The notes beneath the pieces are model-generated. The model was not told the origin of the DNA. It saw only the letters and a program-made list of their open reading frames with translations, and made no database searches. The translations under genes and the position numbers were made by a program. Below, piece by piece: positions 26,296-34,858 of a stretch of DNA of 64,000 nucleotides. How positions within the stretch are numbered: position 1 is the first letter of the stretch; the number at the start of each line of letters is the position of its first letter. The DNA lies in NCBI RefSeq assembly GCF_000006765.1, contig NC_002516.2, one strand, 5' to 3'. Source of the DNA: Pseudomonas aeruginosa PAO1 (GTDB lineage: Bacteria; Pseudomonadota; Gammaproteobacteria; Pseudomonadales; Pseudomonadaceae).

Positions 26296-26415
26296 GCACA
26301 CCTCGGTGGGTATGAGCGGGTTGGCCCGATTCTAGCGAAAGTTGTCTCTCAGGCCACTCACTCGCTACGCCGCGCCGGGACCAGAATCTGCCTCACCCAC
26401 TCAGGAGGAAACGCC

Positions 26416-27045
26416 ATGTCCGCACGTCAACCCAAACGCGCCTTGCTGGTCATCGACGTACAGAACGAATACGTCAGCGGCAACCTGCGTATCGAATTTC
26501 CCGCCATCCAATCGTCGCTGGAACGCATCGGCGCCGCCATGGATGCCGCCCACGCGGCGGGCATCCCGATCGTCGTGGTGCAGCACCTGGCACCGGCGGA
26601 CTCGCCGTTGTTCGCGCGCGGCAGCCGGCAGGCCGAGCTGCACGAGGTGGTCGCCTCGCGGCCCTACCAGCACAAGGTGGAAAAGCAACTGGCCAGTTCC
26701 TTCGTCGGCACCGGGCTGGCCGACTGGCTGCGCGAGCGCGGTATCGACACCCTCGCCGTGGTCGGCTACATGACCCAGCACTGCGACGACTCGACCATCC
26801 GCCAGGCGATCCACGAAGGCTGGCAGGTGGAATACCTGCACGACGCCAGCGGCTCGGTGCCCTACCGCAACCGCGCCGGCCAGGCCAGCGCGGAAGAGAT
26901 CCACCGGATCTTCGGCATCGTCCTGCAGTCCTCCTTCGCCGCCGTGCTCAGCACCGAGGAGTGGCTGGAAAGCCTCGCCGGCCGGCACGTTCCGGAACGC
27001 GACAACATCTACGACTCCAACCAGCGAGCCCTGGCCAACCGCTGA
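26416..27045 (+). CDS. Isochorismatase-family cysteine hydrolase
   Basis: ALLVIDVQNEY and VGYMTQHCDDST; AGGAGG RBS. Confidence 0.9.
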   Translation: MSARQPKRALLVIDVQNEYVSGNLRIEFPAIQSSLERIGAAMDAAHAAGIPIVVVQHLAPADSPLFARGSRQAELHEVVASRPYQHKVEKQLASSFVGTGLADWLRERGIDTLAVVGYMTQHCDDSTIRQAIHEGWQVEYLHDASGSVPYRNRAGQASAEEIHRIFGIVLQSSFAAVLSTEEWLESLAGRHVPERDNIYDSNQRALANR

Positions 27046-27050
27046 AACGG

Positions 27051-27074
27051 CGCCGCCCCCCACGCGGGGCGGCG
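27051..27074. terminator. Hairpin between convergent genes
   Basis: CGCCGCCCC/GGGGCGGCG 9-bp stem. Confidence 0.55.
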
Positions 27075-27079
27075 AGCGC

Positions 27080-27652
27080 TCAGCCGACCAGCGAGCCGCG
27101 CGCCGGCAACGGCTTCCAGCCCGGGAACTCGCGCAGCCGCGGGTCGGGCACCGCGCAATAGGCGAATGTCCAGTTCGGCGCCGGCAGGTCCAGGCGCTCC
27201 AGCGGCACACGCGTGCCGGCGCCGGCCTGCGGCGCCTTCCAGTCCTGGGTGATGTGCGCACCGCCCTGGCTGGCCAGGAGGATGCCGCGGTTGGCGCTGG
27301 TGTCGTCCACCGTCCAGCGCGCGGCGGAGGCGTCCATCAGCACCTCCAGATGCTCGTCGGTCACCTTGGCGCCGAACGGCGACTGCAACAGCCAGCAGTA
27401 CAGGCGCAGGTGCATCGCCCAGTTCCAGGCGGCCTTCTGCTCGGCCGCCCATTGCAGGAAACCACGGAGGATGGTCAGGCCATCCGGCGGATCGATCTTC
27501 AGCAGTTCCGGGCAAAGGTCGTAGAGATGGTGCCAGGCGCTGCTCAGGCGCTTGTTGAGCTGGTCCGGACGCAGGGTGGAGTTCTTCGGCGGCAGGCCGG
27601 GAGCCACCACCAGGCCGGTCTGCGCCGGCAAGGGATATCTGTTGCTGTTCAT
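27080..27652 (-). CDS. MbnC-like (methanobactin biosynthesis cassette / AZL_007950-type) protein
   Basis: 190 aa with a GAGG RBS. Blocks WHHLYDLCPELL, FLQWAAE, WLLQSPF, MDASAARW and FPGWKPLP match, in order, Methylosinus MbnC as I recall it. No alignment was computed. Confidence 0.75.
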   Translation of the reverse strand: MNSNRYPLPAQTGLVVAPGLPPKNSTLRPDQLNKRLSSAWHHLYDLCPELLKIDPPDGLTILRGFLQWAAEQKAAWNWAMHLRLYCWLLQSPFGAKVTDEHLEVLMDASAARWTVDDTSANRGILLASQGGAHITQDWKAPQAGAGTRVPLERLDLPAPNWTFAYCAVPDPRLREFPGWKPLPARGSLVG

Positions 27653-27708
27653 GCTCTGAACCTCGCACGCAAAGGCGGGGCGCCGGGCGCCCCTGCTCGA
27701 CACGGCGC

Positions 27709-28185
27709 TCAGTGGCCGTGCTGCTCGTGCCCGCCCTGTTCGGCCGGCGCCTTGGACTCGACGACGATTTCCACCGGCACGTCGCCGGCCTTGCGGAAAT
27801 GCAGCGTCAGCGGGAAGCGCTCGCCGGCCACCAGTGGCTGCTTCAGGCCCATCAGCATCAGGTGGTAGCCGCCGGGAGCGAAGCGCAGGTCCTTGCCTGG
27901 TGCGACGTCGACGCTGTCGACTTTCTGCATGCTCATCATGCCGTTCTTGTGCACATGCTCGTGCACCTCGGCGGAAGCCGCGCGCGGCGTGTCGGCGCCA
28001 AGCAGGGTGTCGTTTTCCTTGCCGTGGTTCTGCACCACGAAGTAGGCCGCGCCGTTCGGCGAGGTCGGCGGCAGGGCCAGCGCCCAAGGATGCTCGATGT
28101 GCAGTTGGCCGGCGTTGTACTCGTGGGCCTGGGCGAAAGCGGAAACGGCCAGCAGGGCCGCGGCAGCGAAGAAGGATGTGCGCAT
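27709..28185 (-). CDS. Periplasmic copper chaperone PCu(A)C
   Basis: Signal peptide; HEH..GMMSM...PGGYHLML (H-x10-M-x21-H-x-M pattern); His-rich tail. Confidence 0.92.
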   Translation of the reverse strand: MRTSFFAAAALLAVSAFAQAHEYNAGQLHIEHPWALALPPTSPNGAAYFVVQNHGKENDTLLGADTPRAASAEVHEHVHKNGMMSMQKVDSVDVAPGKDLRFAPGGYHLMLMGLKQPLVAGERFPLTLHFRKAGDVPVEIVVESKAPAEQGGHEQHGH

Positions 28186-28314
28186 GGTGACTCTCCAGTA
28201 GCGTATGACCGGTCTTTTTCCGTCGGACCGGCGATTCCAGGGGGGAAGCTAGGGTATTGCGCCGCGACCTGCCCCGACCCGAAGGTCCAGGTTGTCGAAG
28301 GCGCGGGGGAGGAG

Positions 28315-28704
28315 TCAGGCGACAGGAGAAGCGCGCGGATTGGCGAGGCGCCAATAGCGCAGGGGAGGCAGGTCGGTGGCGGAGAAGGCGTTACGGGCAG
28401 GGCTGGCCAGCGGCGCCAGCGGCAATGCCGGCCAGGAGGCGACCAGTCCGGGCGTGCCGGCGGCGCCGGCGCAGCAGCAGAGGTGCGGGGCCAGGCTCTC
28501 GTGGTCGTCGGGAAGATCGATGTCCTTGAGCGCGGCACCCAGCTTCAGGCGCAGCAGCGAATCGGACGAGGTGCTGCAGAAGCCACCGAGCAGCAACGAG
28601 GCGCGCTCCTGCGTCGTCAGCGCCTGCGAAAGCGGCACCACGAACAGGTTCATCAGCACGGCCAGGCTGGCCAGCCAGGCCACGGGGCGCCGTGACAGGG
28701 GCAT
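28315..28704 (-). CDS. DUF2946-type leader protein (N-terminal TM, Cys cluster, C-terminal PRASP)
   Basis: GGAG RBS; RRPVAWLASLAVLMNLFVVPL TM segment; GFCST; HLCCC; ends ANPRASPVA. Confidence 0.72.
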   Translation of the reverse strand: MPLSRRPVAWLASLAVLMNLFVVPLSQALTTQERASLLLGGFCSTSSDSLLRLKLGAALKDIDLPDDHESLAPHLCCCAGAAGTPGLVASWPALPLAPLASPARNAFSATDLPPLRYWRLANPRASPVA

Positions 28705-28875
28705 CGTCGGTTCTCCGGAGAATGGGCCCTTTATGCCTGAGCGCGGGGCAAAAGTAAAAACGCCGGGCGCGACAGAGTGCCGCAGGTGAAAACGTTTGCA
28801 ACCCTTGCGGGCTTTCCCCCGCCGCGCTCTTCCGCCAGCATAGACGGCTTTGACGCCCGACGAGTCGAGAAGCCG

Positions 28876-29724
28876 ATGCCCCGCACCCTAGCCTTCGTTT
28901 CCACGCTGTTGCTCGCCGCTTTCTGCGCCCTGCCCGCCCAGGCCGACAGCTTCATCATGCGCCTGCTGAACAAGCCGGTGCCCGGCGGGGTGGCGGTGGT
29001 CGACCTCGGCGAGGAAGGCCCGCCGCCGCGGGCCTTCTACCAGGGCAAGCCGGTGCTGGTGGTGCGCGAGGAAGGCCGCCGCTGGATCGCCGTGGTCGGC
29101 ATCCCGCTGAGCACCAAGCCCGGCCCGCAGAAGCTGGAAGTGCGGGCGGCAACCGGCAACCACGAGGAACGCTTCAGCGTCGGCAGCAAGCACTACCGCG
29201 AGCAGCGCATCACCCTGAAGAACAAGCGCCAGGTCAATCCGCTGCCGGAAGACCTCAAGCGCATCGAACGCGAACTCGCCGAGCAGACCGCCGCCTACCG
29301 CCGCTTCAGTCCCGGCCTGCCCAGCAACCTGATGCTCGACAAGCCGGTCGACGGTCCGCTCTCCAGCCCCTTCGGCCTGCGCCGCTTCTTCAACGGCGAA
29401 GAGCGCAACCCGCATTCCGGTCTAGACTTCGCGGTACCGGCCGGTACGCCGATCAAGGCGCCGGCGGCCGGCAAGGTGATCCTCATCGGCGACTACTTCT
29501 TCAATGGCAAGACGGTGTTCGTCGACCATGGCCAGGGCTTCATCAGCATGTTCTGCCACCTGTCGAAGATCGACGTGAAGCTCGGCCAGCAGGTGCCGCG
29601 CGGCGGCGTACTCGGCAAGGTCGGCGCCACCGGCAGGGCCACCGGACCGCACATGCACTGGAACGTCAGCCTGAACGACGCGCGAGTCGACCCGGCGATC
29701 TTCATCGGTGCCTTCCAGCCCTGA
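28876..29724 (+). CDS. M23-family peptidase
   Basis: Signal peptide; HSGLD (HxxxD) and GPHMH (HxH). Confidence 0.9.
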   Translation: MPRTLAFVSTLLLAAFCALPAQADSFIMRLLNKPVPGGVAVVDLGEEGPPPRAFYQGKPVLVVREEGRRWIAVVGIPLSTKPGPQKLEVRAATGNHEERFSVGSKHYREQRITLKNKRQVNPLPEDLKRIERELAEQTAAYRRFSPGLPSNLMLDKPVDGPLSSPFGLRRFFNGEERNPHSGLDFAVPAGTPIKAPAAGKVILIGDYFFNGKTVFVDHGQGFISMFCHLSKIDVKLGQQVPRGGVLGKVGATGRATGPHMHWNVSLNDARVDPAIFIGAFQP

Positions 29725-29763
29725 GAAGTGAGCAACGCGGCGCCGGCTGAGGTCAGAAGGAAC

Positions 29764-29788
29764 AGGGGGCGCGTCGATGCGCCCCTTT
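29764..29788 (+). terminator. Possible terminator after the M23 peptidase
   Basis: GGGGCGC/GCGCCCC stem followed by a short TTT. Confidence 0.45.
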
Positions 29789-29809
29789 CATGACCAAGGG
29801 AGACACCGC

Positions 29810-30205
29810 ATGACTCACCCGCTTCGCCTGCTCTGGCTGTGCTCGACACTGTTCGTGGTCCTCGGCCTGGGCTTCGTCTTCTTCCCCGGCCCGCTCGCCT
29901 CCCTGCTCACCAGCGGCGAACCGCTCACCCCCGCCGCCCTCACCGACCTGCGCGCCAGCTACGGCGGCACCAGCTTCGGCATCGGCCTGCTGCTCGGCTA
30001 TGCCGCCCTGCGCCCCCGCTACCTGGTGCTCGGCCTGCTCGCCGCCCTGGCGGTGATCGCCAGCGGCGGCGCGGCGCGCCTCTACGGTGTGCTGATCGAC
30101 GCCTCGCCGGCGCTAACCACCTTCCTCTGGCTCGGCGCCGAGGCGCTGCTCTGCGTGCTGTTGCTGGCGGCACTCTGGAAGACCCGCCAGCTCGACCTCG
30201 ACTGA
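29810..30205 (+). CDS. Small 4-TM membrane protein (DUF4345-like)
   Basis: LTDLRASYGG motif and hydrophobic helices; GGGAG RBS. Confidence 0.65.
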   Translation: MTHPLRLLWLCSTLFVVLGLGFVFFPGPLASLLTSGEPLTPAALTDLRASYGGTSFGIGLLLGYAALRPRYLVLGLLAALAVIASGGAARLYGVLIDASPALTTFLWLGAEALLCVLLLAALWKTRQLDLD

Positions 30206-30222
30206 GCGCCGGGCAGCAGGTC

Positions 30223-31638
30223 TCAAGCCAGGACCCGGCGAACCGCCGGCAGCCGCGACAGCACCAGCCAGTCCAGCGCCCAGACCAGCAGGAGCGAGGC
30301 CCCCACCAACGGGAAGGCCACGCCCAGCGCCAGCATGATGGCGATGCCGGTCTTCCAGCGCGGCAGCTCGTGGCGCAGCGGCGGCACGCCAAGGCGTCCG
30401 GCCGGCTTGCGCTTCCACCAGATCCACAGGCCGCTCGCCGAGCTGAGCAGGATCGCCAGGCAGACCGCGAGCATCAGCAACTGGTTGCCGAGGCCGAAGA
30501 GCTTGCCTTCGTGCAGCACGACGCCCATCTGCACGCTCCTCGCCACCGCGTTGTAGTCCTGCCAACGCACGTCGGCGAGAACCTTGCCGCTGTACTGGTC
30601 GATGTGCAGGGTGGCGTCGTGGCGCGGATCGTCGGGGAACACGGAAATCGTGTAGACCCCCTCCATCCCGCTCGGCAGGGCGATCCCGTAGCCCGCCGCC
30701 ACGCCGCGCTCGCGGGCGATATCCACCACCCTTTGCAGAGGGATGCCCGCCGGCATCGGCATGTCCATCGGCATCGCGTGCCCGGCCTGGGCGGAATGCC
30801 CGCGATGCTCGGCATGGGCGTCGGCCGCCGGCGGCTGCGAGCGCGGCAGCGGAGTGTTCTCCAGCGGCCAGGGCACCTGCTGGCGCGACGCGCTGTTGAG
30901 GCTACCGGCCTGCATGTCGGAGGTCGGCACATCGTTCCACATCGCCGCCGGGAAACGGTTCCAGACATCGGCGAACTGCTTGCCCCAGTAGCCGGTCCAG
31001 GTCATCCCGCTGAGCAGCATGAAGAGCAACAGCAGGCTGCCCCAGAAACCGGCGAGCACATGTAGCTCGCGCCACAGCGGTCGTCCGCGCAGGTGCAGGC
31101 GCGGCCAGAACAGCGCGCTCGCCGCCCGCCCGCGCGGCCACCATAGGTAGAGACCGGAGACCACCAGGACGATGCCCCAGCCGGCGGCCAGCTCGATCAG
31201 CCGGTCGCCGACGGTCCCGACCATCAGCTCGCCATGCAGTGCCCGGGCCACCGCCTGGAGATTCAGCTGCGCATCCTGGCGGCCGAGTTCGCGCCCGCTG
31301 TAGGGATCGACGAAGAGGTTCCATTGCCTGCCCTCTTCGCCAATCACGAATTGCGCGCTGCGCCCCGCCTCGCTCGGCGGCAGGTACTGGCTGACGGCGG
31401 CCTGCGGGTGCGCCTGGCGCACCCCGACGAGCAACTGGTCGGCGCTGCGCATCTGCGCACCGGCCTCGACCCGCAGCAGTTGCGGATAGAGCAGCGCATC
31501 CAGTTGCGGCTTGAACAGGTAGACGATTCCGGTCAGCGCCAGCAGGATCATGAAGGGCGCGACGAACAGGCCAGCGTAGAAATGCCAGCGCCAGGCCAGC
31601 GCGTAGAAGTCACGGCCGTTCTTTTCGTTCGATTGCAT
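30223..31638 (-). CDS. PepSY-associated TM helix protein (PepSY_TM)
   Basis: WRWHFYAGL, LHGEL, SGLYLWWPR, LHVLAGFW, LHEGKLFG; His/Met-rich periplasmic loop. Confidence 0.9.
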   Translation of the reverse strand: MQSNEKNGRDFYALAWRWHFYAGLFVAPFMILLALTGIVYLFKPQLDALLYPQLLRVEAGAQMRSADQLLVGVRQAHPQAAVSQYLPPSEAGRSAQFVIGEEGRQWNLFVDPYSGRELGRQDAQLNLQAVARALHGELMVGTVGDRLIELAAGWGIVLVVSGLYLWWPRGRAASALFWPRLHLRGRPLWRELHVLAGFWGSLLLLFMLLSGMTWTGYWGKQFADVWNRFPAAMWNDVPTSDMQAGSLNSASRQQVPWPLENTPLPRSQPPAADAHAEHRGHSAQAGHAMPMDMPMPAGIPLQRVVDIARERGVAAGYGIALPSGMEGVYTISVFPDDPRHDATLHIDQYSGKVLADVRWQDYNAVARSVQMGVVLHEGKLFGLGNQLLMLAVCLAILLSSASGLWIWWKRKPAGRLGVPPLRHELPRWKTGIAIMLALGVAFPLVGASLLLVWALDWLVLSRLPAVRRVLA

Positions 31639-31702
31639 GGATCACCTCATCGGAGCGCACACAGGCAAGGCGGGCCCCGCTGGACGGGGCCTCGTTGAAG
31701 GT

Positions 31703-33874
31703 TCAGAAGCTGAAGTCGACCTTGGTCCAGAAGGTCCGGCCCGGCTCTGGAACCGTTTCGTTGGCGGAGAAACCGAAGCCGGCGTCGCCGGCCTTGTTCA
31801 GGTGCTCGGTGTAATCCTTGTCGAACAGGTTATCGACACCGGCGCTCAGCTTGACGTTGCGAGTCACCCGGTAGGCGCCGTTGAGCGAGAAGACGCCGAA
31901 GCCGGCGCTCTTGTCGAAGTCCTTGCCGACCACGTTGCCCTGGTCCCTGGCGATGCGATTCTGCGGCGCGACCACCCGCCACAGGCTGCCGGCACTCCAG
32001 TCGCCTTCCTCGTAGGTCAGGCCGAAGCGCGCTTCCAGCGGCGGGATCTGCGGCAGCGCGCGGTCGTCCGAGCTGTTCTTGCCCCAGGCATAGGCCAGGC
32101 TGGCGTCGGTCTTCCAGTTGCCGGTGAGCTGGTAGGAAGCGCCCAGCTCGCCGCCCATGATCCGCGCGTCGACGTTGGTCGCCTGGGTCGAGGAACCCAT
32201 CATGCCCTCGCGATAGCTGAACAGGATGAAGTCCTGGACCACCCCGACGTAGCCGGAGGCCCAGGCCTGCAGCTTGTCGCCGTTGTACTGGAGGCCGAAG
32301 TCGAGCTGGGTGGTCTTTTCCGGCTTGATCTTGTCGAAGGCGTTGACCGACCCGTTCGGCCCGCGCTTGGGCGAGAACAGCTCCCAGTAGTCGGGGAAGC
32401 GCTCGGCATGGCCGAGGCCGGCGTAGAGGGTGGTCGGCGAGTCGGCGAGGTCGTGCTCGTAGCGCACGAAGCCGCTGGGCAGGGTATCGGCGCGGGTGTC
32501 GTTGGCCGTCGGGTTGGCCATGGCGTGGCCCATGTGCCCGGACTTCAGGGTCTGCCGGTAGTCCTTGACCGAGGCGCGGTCCAGGCGCAACCCGCCGATC
32601 AGCCGGTCGCGCTCGGCGGCGAACCAGGTCAGTTCGCCGAAGGCCCCGTAGTTGTGGAACACCGCGTCCTTGCTCCAGGGGAACTGGTCGGCGTCGGTGT
32701 AGTAGTCGGTCATCATGTCGTACTTGGAGCCGCGCGCGCGGTGCTCGTTGCGCATGGCGTCGACCCCGGTGACCAGCTTGAAGTCGTCCCAGCGCCAGGT
32801 GGCCGCCAGGCGACCGCCGAGGGTGCGTCGGTCCACCTGGGACGCCATCGGCATGGGCATCATGCTGGATGGGTCGGGAGTGCGCAGGCGGAAGTTGTCC
32901 ATGATGTGGTCGGCGTAGTTGTAGTAGACCTGTGCCTCGACCTTCTCCAGCACATCGCTGACGTTCGATTTGACGAAGCGCAGGCCCAGGCTCTCGCGCT
33001 TGAACTGCGAGCCGTCCATGCCGCGCCCGGCGTAGCGTGCCTCGCCGTCGCCCTTGCCGGCGGTGAGTTCGATCAGGGTGTCCTCGTCGGGGGTCCAGCC
33101 GACCGCGACGTCGCCGTTCCACTTCTTCCAGCGCGACGGCACGGTATTCCCGGCGCCGTCCTCGTAATCGTCGGACTGCGCGTGGTTGCCGGTGAAGCGC
33201 AGGTAGCCGAGCCGGTTGCCGGCGGCGGCGTCCAGCACCTTGTCGAAGCGGCCATTGGAGCCGGCCAGCAGGCTGGCGTTGACCCGCGAGCCGAGTTCGC
33301 CGAAGCGCTCCGGCTCACGCTCGAAGAGGATCGTCCCGGCCGACGCGCCCGGCCCCCAGAGCACCGTCTGCGGGCCCTTGATCACGGTGAGCTTGTCGTA
33401 GGTTTCCGGCGAGATGTAGGAGGTCGGCGCGTCCATCCGGTTCGGACAGGCACCGAGCATCATGCCGCCGTTGGTGAGGATGTTCAGGCGCGAACCGAAC
33501 ATCCCGCGCAGCACCGGGTCGCCGTTGCTGCCGCCGTTGCGGATCACCGCGAAGCCGGGAATGGTCTTCAGGTAGTCGGCCCCATCGCTGGCCGGCACCG
33601 GTTGGCGCGGCTCCTTGGGATTGGTGACGATGGTCAGCGGCGAACTCTGGGCGACTCCGGTGACCACGCTCGGCGCCAGCTCCACGGCGTGATCCTGGTG
33701 CTGTGAGTGTTCCTCGGCCAGGAGCGCCGACGGAGACAGGGCCAGGCCGCACAGTGCGGCGAAGGCTCCCGCCCAGCGGCGGCGTTGTGCGAGACGGGCA
33801 GGGTCGAAGCTGAAAGCGGCGGTCGGGCAGGCGTTGCCGGCCGCTCGTTGTTGAGTAGACATACGTTTTTCCAT
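31703..33874 (-). CDS. oprC: TonB-dependent copper receptor OprC
   Basis: TonB-receptor layout, GACPNRMDAP (CxxxM copper site), Met-rich loops, terminal DFSF. Confidence 0.95.
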   Translation of the reverse strand: MEKRMSTQQRAAGNACPTAAFSFDPARLAQRRRWAGAFAALCGLALSPSALLAEEHSQHQDHAVELAPSVVTGVAQSSPLTIVTNPKEPRQPVPASDGADYLKTIPGFAVIRNGGSNGDPVLRGMFGSRLNILTNGGMMLGACPNRMDAPTSYISPETYDKLTVIKGPQTVLWGPGASAGTILFEREPERFGELGSRVNASLLAGSNGRFDKVLDAAAGNRLGYLRFTGNHAQSDDYEDGAGNTVPSRWKKWNGDVAVGWTPDEDTLIELTAGKGDGEARYAGRGMDGSQFKRESLGLRFVKSNVSDVLEKVEAQVYYNYADHIMDNFRLRTPDPSSMMPMPMASQVDRRTLGGRLAATWRWDDFKLVTGVDAMRNEHRARGSKYDMMTDYYTDADQFPWSKDAVFHNYGAFGELTWFAAERDRLIGGLRLDRASVKDYRQTLKSGHMGHAMANPTANDTRADTLPSGFVRYEHDLADSPTTLYAGLGHAERFPDYWELFSPKRGPNGSVNAFDKIKPEKTTQLDFGLQYNGDKLQAWASGYVGVVQDFILFSYREGMMGSSTQATNVDARIMGGELGASYQLTGNWKTDASLAYAWGKNSSDDRALPQIPPLEARFGLTYEEGDWSAGSLWRVVAPQNRIARDQGNVVGKDFDKSAGFGVFSLNGAYRVTRNVKLSAGVDNLFDKDYTEHLNKAGDAGFGFSANETVPEPGRTFWTKVDFSF

Positions 33875-33932
33875 GATCTATGTGACTTCCGCCCCGCCCC
33901 CACGGCGAGCAGGCACCCGGCCAGGCTCGCGT

Positions 33933-33959
33933 CACCGGCGCGGCGAAGACGCGCCGGTG
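33933..33959 (-). promoter_or_regulatory. 10-bp hairpin in the DUF2946-oprC spacer
   Basis: CACCGGCGCG/CGCGCCGGTG perfect stem with a 7-nt loop. Confidence 0.55.
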
Positions 33960-33994
33960 CCCCCAGGAAGCGGCGGCTATCGGATTGAAAGAGG

Positions 33995-34456
33995 TCAGGC
34001 GATCAGGAACGGCGGCGCACGGGTACGGGCGCCGGGAAACACCGGCGAGGCGACGAACGCCTCGTTCAGGAAAGCGACGGCGGGCGCCGTCGCGAAGGGA
34101 ACGGAGAACAGCGCCAGGCAGGCGTCTTCGGTGAGCGGCGGGCTGTGGAACAACAGGCTGCAATAACCGCACTTCTCCCAGAGCACGTCGCTGGCCAGGC
34201 GATTGCCTTCCTCGCCGCCCATCCCCGGCATGCCGGCATGGACGACGGAGCGCTGGGCATCGGAACAGCCGGCATGGGCCATGTCGCCATGGTCCATGTT
34301 CTCGTGGGACATGCCTTCGTGGCCCATCCCCACGCCCATCGGCATCGGGTGGTCCATCGGCATCGACTGGGAGATCAGCGGCCCGACGAAGATCATCAGC
34401 ATGGCGAACAGAGCCAGCCATGCACCGATGCCTTGTCGTTTCAGAGTGGTCGCCAC
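33995..34456 (-). CDS. DUF2946-family (CruR-like) leader protein with CxxC and RAPP
   Basis: GTG start with GGAG RBS; N-terminal TM; Met/His-rich segment; KCGYC; ends GARTRAPPFLIA. Confidence 0.85.
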   Translation of the reverse strand: MATTLKRQGIGAWLALFAMLMIFVGPLISQSMPMDHPMPMGVGMGHEGMSHENMDHGDMAHAGCSDAQRSVVHAGMPGMGGEEGNRLASDVLWEKCGYCSLLFHSPPLTEDACLALFSVPFATAPAVAFLNEAFVASPVFPGARTRAPPFLIA

Positions 34457-34744
34457 CTGCGACTCCCGCCGTCTTGAATGAAGACCACCGCGTAGCGGGC
34501 CGGATGGCCGCTCGCGCCGGGTCATGCCGAAAAGAAGAATGCGCCTGTCGTTATACGCCCCAGGCACGGGGAACGAAATGATCGCACAAGGGCGGCTGGC
34601 TCTTCTGCGGCATGGGGCCGCAGAATTTTCCGTTGCGGAGAGCGTGCCGGCGGCGCAATCGAGGACAAGCTTTCACCGCAGAGAAAGAATAAAAACCCAC
34701 AAAAGCCGCACAAATGGGAAATTCTACTAATTTTCCTTTAATGC

Positions 34745-34773
34745 TTGCCATTCAAATGCAGTCTCACTAGTGT
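34745..34773 (+). promoter_or_regulatory. sigma70 promoter upstream of the leuA leader
   Basis: TTGCCA-17 nt-TAGTGT, preceded by an A/T-rich tract. Confidence 0.6.
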
Positions 34774-34780
34774 GGTACGC

Positions 34781-34858
34781 ATGAAAACACCACACACCCT
34801 CATCCTGCTCCGCCAACACGCCTGCCTGTGCCTGGTCAGCCCGCGACTGCGTGGCTGA
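34781..34858 (+). CDS. Putative leuA leader peptide (25 aa, 6 Leu)
   Basis: [25 protein letters not shown]; below the size cut-off of the ORF track. Confidence 0.6.
   Translation: MKTPHTLILLRQHACLCLVSPRLRG

Noticed and set aside
27046-34000. Search for an MbnA-like precursor or a DUF692 gene near the MbnC-like ORF
   Set aside because: The spacers I read contain no short Cys-rich ORF with a plausible start, and no ORF shows DUF692 features, so a complete methanobactin cluster is not claimed.
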